This document shows, piece after piece, positions 14,313 through 27,987 of a DNA stretch of 64,000 nucleotides. The DNA comes from the human T2T-CHM13v2.0 reference genome, Homo sapiens: NCBI RefSeq assembly GCF_009914755.1, contig NC_060926.1; one strand, given 5' to 3'. The translations under genes were made by a program, and so were the position numbers. Within the stretch, counting starts at the first letter, position 1; each line of letters starts with the position of its first letter. The notes under the pieces are model-generated. The model made no database searches and had not been told where the DNA came from. It saw only the letters and a program-made list of their open reading frames with translations.

Positions 14313-15138
14313 GAAGACTGGAAGTTAAAACATACAAAGGGGGAAAGATGAGGCCGCCTGTTTCTGATAGAGGTAGCAGCATGTGCTAAGGCAGGAAGGC
14401 ATGACCTCAGGGACTTTGCATGACTGAAACATATCATCTTTATTTTATTTTATTTTATTTTATTTTATTTTATTTTATTTTATTTTTCTGAGACAGGATA
14501 AATAATGGAAACCCAGTGAGAGGTGAGGCTGTACAATAAACTTACAATAAACTTACTCACTACCATCAGAATAGTATGAGGGACGCTGCCCCCGTGATTC
14601 AATTACCTCCCAGGGGGTCCCTCCCACCACATGTGGAGATTATGGGAAGTAAAATTCAAGATGAGATTTGGGTGGGGACACAGGCAAGCCATATCAGATA
14701 GTAGTGATCACATAAAGAGGTTAATATATGTAATTCACTCACTGGGCCTAACTCCTGGTAAATACTATGTGAGCATTCACACATATTCTCTTGTTACTAA
14801 TAACTGGTTTCCTCTCTTCTATCTGTATTTTCCAAATCATCTTCCAACCTAGCAGCCAGAACAATCACTGGAAAGCATACATTTGACCAAATCAGTTTTC
14901 AGTTTAAAATCTTTTCATATCTTCCTATCACCCTTGTCTCCTTTTACTTTATTGTATAGCCTCACCTCTCACTGGGTTTCCATTATTTATCCTGTCTCAG
15001 AAAAAAAAAAAAAATGATATGTTTCAGTCATACAAAGTCCCTGAGGCCATGCCTTCCTGTCTTAGCACATGCTGCTACGTCTATCAGAAACAGGCGGCCT
15101 CATCTTTCCCCCTTTGTATGTTTTAACTTCCAGTCTTC
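14313..15138. repeat. Local inverted duplication: arms 14313-14540 and 14948-15138, 407-bp spacer
   Basis: 125-nt outer segments differ at 4 positions and 53-nt inner segments at 1; a central A13 in the right arm corresponds to (TATTT)9 in the left arm. Confidence 0.95.
14552..14696 (-). mobile_element. Truncated THE1/MST MaLR LTR (first ~145 bp only)
   Basis: Minus strand begins tgatatggcttgcctgtgtccccacccaaatctcatcttgaatt; stops abruptly at the inverted-duplication junction. Confidence 0.85.
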
Positions 15139-16618
15139 AAAGCTTAGCTCAGCTGCCATATCCTGGGCAGATTTCTTGACTTTCCCCCAACCTGACCCAG
15201 GCTAGGTTAGATTTCCCATGTCATTCCTGTTCGATGACTTGTGTTTATCTCTATCATATTGAATCATACTTTTCCAGTTGAATCATACTTTTATGCCCCG
15301 CCCCCTGACAACTAGCATGTGAATTGTATGACTTTCATAAACCATATTCTTGGCAATTAACACCTTGTCTTACACTGAGTATAAGTAACTCAGTAACACC
15401 ACAATGAATGCCTAAGTGCCCGAGTTCAGGAGAAGAAATGAAAGCTGTTTCTACTGAGAGCTTCCTCTCTATCCCGTGTCAATGATATTCATGTACAACA
15501 ACAGGAATTCAGTGATGCTAAATTGACAACCCTCTGAAAAAAATGGTGCACAGAAAACTGTAATTCCACAGGTAGAGTCCTGCTATCTTGAGGCTGCAAA
15601 ATGACTTAATAACAGGTAGTTGAAATCAACATGCCATTCACGGCTGCTTCTCAAACAACCCAACTCTGTCTAAGGCTAGAATGGGACATTTATTAAGAAC
15701 ACTAGCAAAGTCTGTCAATGTGAAACCTTTCATATCCATAATTCCTACCATCTGTAACATCTTATGTTACATAAGATTCCCTATTACCAGTAGCAGTGTT
15801 AATCCATCATCTGTCTTAAATATTTTTAGATGTTCTTCATATACTCTACTTTGCTCCCCTTCCTGTTCTTCTAAACATATGCTCTTTACTTGCCATAATT
15901 AATTTTATATGAACTTTATCATATTAAGGGAGTATCCAAAATTTTTTGGAATGACTTTTCAGTAGAATAGGATGTAATAACAATTTATATTGAAATCAAA
16001 GAAAAAATTACAAGTCTGATAATTAGGAGAGGCAATCAAGTTTTCCTCTCTAATAATATAATATTACAAATGTGATTTTCTTACAGGGTTATCATTTCTG
16101 TCTAGATAAGAAGTTTCTCTATCAGGTGAGTGTCATTATTTCTAATAACAGGAAAGAAGACAACACATTTTCAGGAAATTACTAATGCTAAGTATTTCAG
16201 AATGTATCTGTTCTATCTATTCTTAATTAATACCAAAGTGTTATTTACTCTTCAAGTTCCACTTTTACATAAATAAACTTAGTCAAATAAGTGAGAAAAA
16301 TTATTCATCATTTGTTAAATAAGAAGACCCAGAATTATACTTCTATTTCTCATAACATGGTTATGCTATTATATGTACCAAAATATAATTGTCTTCCTTG
16401 TGATGTATTGAGCTTCCCCTCAGTGCAAGATTAGAAGCAAAGACTGGAAATTATGCCTCAAAAACATCCTTAAAAAACAAAACATTATTATTGGCACACT
16501 TCAAAAATGCAAGCAACTTTATGTATAACCTGTCATCTAGGTCTCCAGACTCCCTGAGGCAAACGTGATGTCAGCTGCAGCTGTGGTCGACAGTTCATGT
16601 GCATTGTCAGTGTCCTGC

Positions 16619-16996
16619 TGCTGCAGACAGAATGCGCATGTCCTGTCCAAAAATCTCTTTACTGAAATCCTAACCCTCAGTGTGATGGTGTTAGGAAGTG
16701 GAGCCTTTGGGAAGTGATTAGGCCATGAGGGCAGAGCCCTGAGAAATGGGATTAGTGCCCTTATAAAAAAGGACCAAGGGAGCTCTTTCACCTCTTCCCC
16801 TCCCAGCACATGATACTAGAGTAAGAAAGCATTGCCTATGAACCAGAAAGTGAGCCCCCGCCCAGACACCAAATCTGCTGATGCCCGGTACCTTGATCCC
16901 AGACTTACCAGCTTCCAGAACTGTGAGAAATAAATTTTTGTTGTTTGTGAACTCATCTATGACATACAGTTATAGCAACCTTAACAGCCTATGACA
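16619..16996 (+). mobile_element. MLT1A-type MaLR solo LTR
   Basis: gcctttgggaagtgattagg...atgggattagtgcccttataaaa...ccagaactgtgagaaataaat; TSD cctgc/cctac. Confidence 0.88.
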
Positions 16997-18507
16997 CCTA
17001 CCCAGACATTGAACTACCTGCCTCCGCTTTTCAGTTTCCCAGCTTTCTTTGAAGTTTCTTTGCATTTCCTGAAAGAGATTTCCCATAAACAGAGAAAAAA
17101 ACATGAAATAGTCCACAAAATAAGTTATAAAAATAAGAAATAAGAAAGTTAATAAGAGTAGAAATGTTTAAGATGGTAGAAAATAAAGATAAAAATTACT
17201 ACAATAGATACATTGATAATTATAACAAATAATTATTGATTGGTTACTATATACAAGACCCTTATTACATTTTTATAATTAACAGCCCAACAGTCCACAT
17301 TAACAGTCCATTAAATTGAGGTACAAATAAAGTTGCCCAAGAGTGTACATTTAATAAGTCATGAAACTTAAATAAAAACCTAGGTTGTCTGCATTTAGAA
17401 CCTCGCTTTCTCTCTCAAACCATTTACTATTGTCCAATAGCTACTTATTACAACACACACACATACAACCATGAGTGCACAAATGCATACACACAAATAG
17501 ATAAATACTGTATTTGTCTAATCAAGGTAAATAAAACAAAAAACAAAAATTCAAAAAAAATTAGTTCCAAGGAACTGAATATAACTACAAGTAAAAAGAA
17601 AATAACTAAAAAGATTGAAAAAAGTGTAAAAGTTTTTACTAAATATTTTTAAACGTGGATAAAATGTATCATTTTCTATAAAAATACAAATAACTAAAAA
17701 TCAAAAGAAATATGTAGACTACATGAACAAGGGTCACAAATGCAGAAGAAATTGAGAATATTGACTGAGAATTCCTCCCCTAAAAAAATGGGGTTGAGAG
17801 GGTTTCTTGTTTCAGATTTTTCAAACAACATATATTCTATAGTTTTTTTATTCTAGAGTGGATAGAAAATAAATCTCTGATTCTTTTAAACTCTGTAACA
17901 AAGATTGTGAACCTGCACATGTGCACACATATATAATGTGCTAGTATTAATATTAATACTGATAAAATTACTGAATAAAACTAAACCAAGGGGAACCCAG
18001 AAGTATACACCACTATACTATAAAACATTGTACAGTATGACTATATAGAATTAATTTCAGGACATATGAATTGTATATATTAAGAAACTAGAAACTAGTA
18101 TAATTTTGTTCTTGATTACATTTTATTTCACAGGAAAAAATGATCTTCCCATTAAATACTTAAGAGTGTTTGGTCAAAAAATTATTAATTTACTTAACTA
18201 TGAAATTTTCCAGCCTTACTATGGGCTGGGTATTATTAGACAATGGTGATTAGGCAGTGAGCAACGCAGAAAAGGACCCTGACTTCATGAAGTTTAAAGT
18301 CTGGCAGGGAAAATTAATAATAATAAAGCACTTATAGATGGCATGTGCATTAATGAAAGAAAAAATATAGTGGATCATGGTAACACATACCTAGGAAGGA
18401 TGTAAAAAAATCTAAGAATTCCTGATGAGATGTCCCAAGAAAGTGATATTTAAGCTAATACAAAATGATTAAGAGTTCAAGTTTAAAAAGTTTGAAGAAG
18501 GGTGACT

Positions 18508-21175
<2,668 letters not shown>

Positions 21176-24100
21176 AGTAAGTGAAAATAAATTGGATTAA
21201 TTATATAAAAAACAAATTTTATGTATAATTGTATATATATATGTGCTAATGTATACACCTGCCCCACTCTCATATGCATACACACACTGGCCTAGAAAGG
21301 TGTTCATTATATATTTTAAATTAAAAGTCAAGACACATAATTCACATAATTATATACAGTTTGAATCTATTTTCATAAAAATAAGAATTTTTTATTCCAT
21401 GTAAACAATAATGATAATAAATAAAAGATGTCAAAATATTAAAAGTTTTAAAATAATGGCATATTATGGGAAACCATTATTTGTTTTAAAGATATTTTTC
21501 TACACTTCACTTATATCAAGCCTGAAGCTTTTTACTGTAGGCCAGTGGATGGGATCAATCCTGAAAGTGGTTTTAGTTATCACTCCCCTGGTCCAGTGGC
21601 TAATCCTCCATCATCTTACTCAGTGCCTAGGCATTCACGGTTGTTGACCCAGGAACTTTGAAGATAGCTGGTTTCACAACTCAGCAAGGAGAGCTATTCT
21701 CTAAATAAGTTCACTTTCTGTAGTGGAAGCCTATCATCTTATATACTAGTGTATTTACATTTCTCCACCTTATTGAGGACAATCTCTACCTTCTTAGGCC
21801 AACCAGCCCAAATGCTATGTCACCTGGTAATCAGGTCTCTGTCTCCATATTGTATGATTGCATTGGACTACAATTCTGTGATATATCAGGTTCTGTGGTG
21901 ATGTATCCATTCTGGCACTACAAGAACTTTAGTGTGGCACAGGCAGCTTTCAGCATTAAAGGCAGTTCACCCTTGCCTCCATCTTTAAATTTGACAATTA
22001 CCATAGAGATCAGTGATGAACATTTGTGATTAGGTTTTGTTATTCTCCCTTGCCCAAATGTGTCATTGAATAATAACCCATATCTGAGACCTGCTCTAGC
22101 ATGAACATCTTGGGGAAATGTTCCTGTTGGAAAATCCTATCAGCATCTTATTCACAGATCCTGGGGAGATTTATTTAGGTGAGAGTAGCAGAGTACACTG
22201 GCAGTACCAAATACACTAACAGGAGTAACAGGGAACCAATAGTTTCTGGATGGCCTGGTGCATGGCTGTCATCATTCATGCATGCTTTGTGAGAACACAA
22301 AAAGAAGCTTCTTCTTCCAGGATAGCACAGTCCATGCCAGAATCATGGCTTGGAGAGTAGAGCAAGAGCCAGACTATATCCATTACCATGATATCTATTT
22401 TGAATCTTACATAGTGGTTCTGGACCAGTGTCCTTGGCAAAGTGAAGCTCCCACCAGAGGGAGATCAGCAGGCAGAACTGCATTTGTGCAAAAGCACACA
22501 AGTTCATCTTGAGTGGTGGGATGGCCTGGACTTCAGCTATAAGCGAGATGAGTGAATTCATTTGAACATGCCCTTAGCAGACATTGAATGCTATGCATTT
22601 CATTAGATTATGTGAATAGAGAGGTTAAGAGAGAAATTAGACATAGTCACTGCCTTTAAGGAATCCATTGTTCAGTGAAGAAAGCATAAGTAAACACATA
22701 AGTGAAAAATATTATGATGAACATCCATATATAACATGTTTTCATTTATGTTTGTCTCTTTATGTGTTTATTTCTATCTCACTCATCTTTAATATAATAT
22801 TAAATACCATATTTTATATAGATTATATATAAAACTGCATATATATTAAAGTATATGTATTGTGTATGTGTGTATATAGGCAGATCAAGAGAAAGAGAGA
22901 GAGAAAGAGAGAGACAGAGAGAGAAAGAGAGGAGAGGGATGAGAACCACAGAAAAGAGTTCATAATTTTTTTGGGATAGGACACAGAAAGGTCCAAAGAG
23001 GGAGAAACATTTGAGCAGTGCCTTGAAGAATGAATATAATTTTATAAGGCAGATGAAAGGAAGTCGAATTTCAGGCAGAAGGGGAAGCATTATTAGCAAC
23101 ATATAACTATGAAAAAATTGATGATATGTTAGAAAACTGTAACCAGTTTTGTAGCATGGGAAAATGGGATGCGTGTTTGATAGAAGGTAAGTGAGATGGG
23201 AGAATTAAGCAGTTTATCTCATAGAAGGCCTTGTATCTCAAGCTATTGGGTTTGACTTAGTAATGTTTTTGCAGAATGCTAATGTCCATGAGAAATTATA
23301 GATGTTTTGTGAAATACACAAGAGTCTTTAGACAAATAAACTTGAGAATTGATATGTATCATACGGTATACCCTCCCATGGAGATTTGCAATATATAAAA
23401 AAAATCCGGTAGTAAAAACAATAATAAAATAATGTCTTTAATCTTGTTTCACAAATATTTGAAAATTGACATCTTCCTCTCACCCCACACATTGAAAACC
23501 AATTAACAACTCTGAAAATATATTTCAGGAAACTTTCTAAAGACATCAGCATGGTCAGATACATGTCAACAAAATGAGTGTTGGCTGTGTGGAGAAAAAA
23601 TTGCAGCAGCAACAGAAAAGGCTGGGTGATCTAGGGAGATGATGATGGTTTGAGAAAATAAAGCAAAACAAACTAGGGAGAAGTTGCTATATTTTGAGAG
23701 CTGTTTTGAAAAAATATGTATGACTAAGAGGTGTGGGACTAAAGAAGAAGGAAGAGTCATGCCTGTAAGTTTGGCTTAAATCTGAAAACACCATAAATAT
23801 GAACACTCAAGGTGATTCCTCGGCATTTCAAACTTCTTTCTGCCCATTTTGTGTGATATTCAGAAGTTCCACAAAGAAGAAGGTGGGTTTCTAGCTACCT
23901 GGTAACTTTATTTTTAGAAGGAGCATATTATCTTTGAAAACCGGAGTTCTAGAGACAAAGTTGAACCAACTAATAGGGCTTGTAGAATCCAGTGTAAAGA
24001 CTATGCTGTTAGGGCACAACACCTAGGTTGCTCTCCAAGGTGCTGAATCAATTTGTCTGGTTATGTGAACTTCTCTGCTTCTGGTGCCTTTCTGCCTCTG

Positions 24101-25261
24101 AGTGTGTCAAACTCAGCTCTCTTATAAAGTAGCAGCCTTGTCCCAGACTGATGTCCCAAGACATAATTTAACTACTATGTTGGCTTCCTGCCCTTGCCAG
24201 GACTAGCTAACTGACTTTTGATCAAGACAACAGCCTGATTTCTCATCTGGACTCCTGGCAGAGCAGCCGCAAACTGTAGGCTGTGTCCACAGAAGTTGAA
24301 AACATCCTGACAGGTAGGTAAATATTTCCTCTTGAAATAAAATTGACCAGCCAAGGAAGGAGATAATTTGTTATTGTGGATGGTTGGTGAGCTGTAGAAA
24401 TTAATTCTCAGGGTTTGATTTTAGTATATCAGGTCTCAGGACACTGAAGTTTCCCCTTGGCAGACAGCCTCTTGGCCACTGGCTTATATTGAGCTCAGCC
24501 TTCTAAGGGACACACTGAGGAAATCAAAATCTAGTAGAAAAAACAAATGCTAATTTCAAGTGCTATAAAGTGGCCTGTATTTAGTATCAAATAAATGCAT
24601 TAGGGACCCAGAAAAGGAAAGTTAGCATGGGCTGGGATAATTAGGGAAAGCTTCACAAAGGAGGTGGAGAATGACCTGGGCTTTGATGTATACAAGTAGA
24701 CTTCATATAGACCAAAAAAAGAGGGTGTGCATTAATGACAGCACCATAGGTGTGGAAATGCCCATGACACATCTGAGAGATAATAAACACTCACCTGGTT
24801 CAGAGTTCACCAGAGCTCCCTAACATTTCTATGCATAGTCTAGCTTATCCTCCCCACTCACATTCACATGGAACCCCACTGCTACTGTACCTTTCCCCAC
24901 AGTGATTTTATTATTTGTCTCATATAAAAGGAATATTTTTTCAAATATATTGAAATTTGGAAGAAAACAATTTGATAGCCTCACCCAAGTGCTTTGGATA
25001 TTTTCTAGAGGCATGTTCTTCAAGGTGTAGGGAGCCTCTTAAGACTTCCGTTCCTCAAATCACAGAACTGAAAACTTTACCTCTTGGGTGGCTTAAGAAT
25101 GGTGAATAAAATATAGCTCCCATCTTGAAACAAAGCATGTCACTGTGCAAACAAGGAACATTTAAAAATACACAGAAAATGCAGGCTGATAAAATAAATA
25201 ATCTGGCAGTGTGAAATTTGATGGGGGAAAGTAGAAGATGTCATAGAGAAAAGATTTTCTT

Positions 25262-25595
<334 letters not shown>

Positions 25596-27181
25596 AAGAA
25601 AAGATTTTCTTAAGTCAATTTTCAAAAAGAGTGTCTCCAAAGACACTCTTTTAAAATTAAATTCTGAGATTTACCTAAAATTCTATATAGCACAATTTCA
25701 AATGGCAATCTGATGGAGGTATTTTGCAGAACACATTTTCAGAACATCCATTTCCAACAGTTCCAGAATTTTCAGACTTTCATGTAAGAAAAATAGGCAA
25801 GGAAAGCACTAGAGCATCAAAGACATAGCCTCAGGAACCTGACGGGACCAGTGCAGGAAACCTCTCTTCTTTAGAGTTTGACTTCTGAGCAGAAGCAGAC
25901 AGAATGGCCTAGAACTTTATTTATGACGTAAGAGGCACTATGAAGGTGAGGTCAGCATGGTATTAGGCCAGTCTGCACTAGGATTTAGGTATTGGATGGA
26001 TTATTGTATTTAGTGAATATAAATAGCTTAAATAAACTGATCAATACAATTCAGTATTATTTAATCAGTCACTTAAGTTGTGATGGCCAAATATAATATA
26101 GACCTTTCAAGCAGAAAACACCTAGAAATTCTATCTACACATTGATAAGCCAAAAGGTGAAATCAGGTATGAAGAAAGACTGCAAATATTCACCAGGTTT
26201 CATGAATGTGGTCAGCTGAGCTCCTCATCCCCATCCTTTCAAGAGAACCCCGAATAACAGTCAACTTTCTGGCTGGTATAAAGACTATTCTGAATTGCAC
26301 ATCCATCAATTCCTCACTATCTGTATTTCTCTTGACAGTTACGCATATTCTCCCTTCCTTATTTTTTCATGTCTTTGACTCTCAACACTCATTTAATTAG
26401 GGGCACACACATGCACACTCTTCAAGGCCCCTTTTCCTTCTCTCTCTTTCTAGGTTTTATCTCTTTAAATTTGTCCATTTGTCAATTTACAGAAAAATTC
26501 CTTTTTCTATTTCTTTCCCTTTGTGTCACAAATAATCCTAATAATTGTGCTTTTGTCTTTTGCACAGGGCATCATGGAAGGTCTCTCTTGGGACTTCTGA
26601 GCCATTGATAGCACACACAATTAGGTCTCAGGTGATCAGCTTCAGAAGTGCAGGGATTAAAAGCAATGCTCTAGGAAAGCCTCAAAGTTGAATAGTTAGA
26701 AGAATTATTTCAGGGCTTACATTGTCTGAAAAATATACTTAACATAAAACCGGTTATTTGCTGATCTTGCCAAACCCAAAAAGTAGTACTGCACTCAAAA
26801 GAAAGAATAAAAGATCACTTATTAGTGTTTCTTAGCATCTCTCGACAAGTAGGGCTCAGGCATCTCTAGATATCAATCATGTCTCTGTTCATTTTCTGCC
26901 TTTTTTTTTTTTTTGGTAATTTCCTGCCTTTGGCTGTTATTCAGGGTTCTCTTGCAAAATGAACAAAAGACAGGTGGTACCACGAGTAGCACATTTTGTG
27001 TATGACTTTTTTTTTTTTTTTAAGAAATTCAGGTGTAGAGAGGTGAAGGGCTGCTGGTGTGATTTTCTCAGAGTACGTGTCTAGCAAGTATCTATGTAGA
27101 CGAATCATCACGTGCTTATCACCCACTCAACCCTAAGCATCATATAAAATAGAGGTGCATTTTTAAATATATGTACCAAAC

Positions 27182-27187
27182 TTTAAT
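27182..27187 (-). terminator. Candidate distal polyadenylation signal ATTAAA
   Basis: Plus-strand tttaat; followed on the minus strand by ...atgcacctctattttatatgatgcttagggttgagtgggt (GU/U-rich downstream element). Confidence 0.6.
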
Positions 27188-27969
27188 TTTCATTTCACAC
27201 TCAAAACTCCTGTAGAAAAAAAGGCAAAGCAGGCAAAAAAAATTACAATGACTTCAGCAAACAACATATGAAAACTGCAAAACAGCCTTGGGTCTGTAAT
27301 GGCCTTTATAGACGTAGTGAGAAAACTGGGTTCCAAGGTTTTGAACTCTTTAAGACAAAATTCCAATGTTTATTACTAACATTTAAAAAATATTTGTAGC
27401 TGCATAGGATACAAGATTGAATGAGAAGTCTCTGAATTCTACTGCACAATTGGATCCTAAGATTGGGAGGCTTAATTTTTCTTTGGGGAAAACATGAAAT
27501 TATTTTTACTTAAATGTGATGATGCATCAGTAACCTCAGTTTACCATTAAGGTCTTAATTTAATGGTGATAACTAGGAGCAAATGTTGATCAAGCATGAT
27601 GTTAACTAGTAGTTAAAAGGTAATATCCAAACTTTCTTTCTGGTTGTTAATACTCCACCCCTAATGTGAAGACATCCATTTCCAGTTGTTTTTTTTTTTT
27701 GTTATTGTTTTTTTTTTTCTACTACTAATTCCTAGTGGTGCACAACGAGTTTCTGAGAACACAGTAATAACGCCAAAGTAGCAGTGCATCTGAGAAACAT
27801 AATTTTTACCTCGTTGCTTTCCCAAAAATAAATATCTCAGTCATGGAAAACACTGTTTATTTGAAAACAATGAGACCTCAAATATGAAATATAGTTAACA
27901 ATGACATTGACACTGTTGCTAGCACTTTCCCCTAAACCACCCGTAAGTCTTGGACGCATGTGCATGCAG

Positions 27970-27987
27970 CACACACACACACACACA
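27970..27987. repeat. (CA)9, read as (UG)9 in the CYRIA 3' UTR
   Basis: Direct inspection. Confidence 0.9.

Noticed and set aside
21530-22560. ~1-kb stretch with faint integrase-like fragments on the minus strand (e.g. APGHPETIG, resembling HPQTNG)
   Set aside because: Similarity too weak to call by eye; needs a Dfam nhmmer or rve HMM search, which I cannot run.
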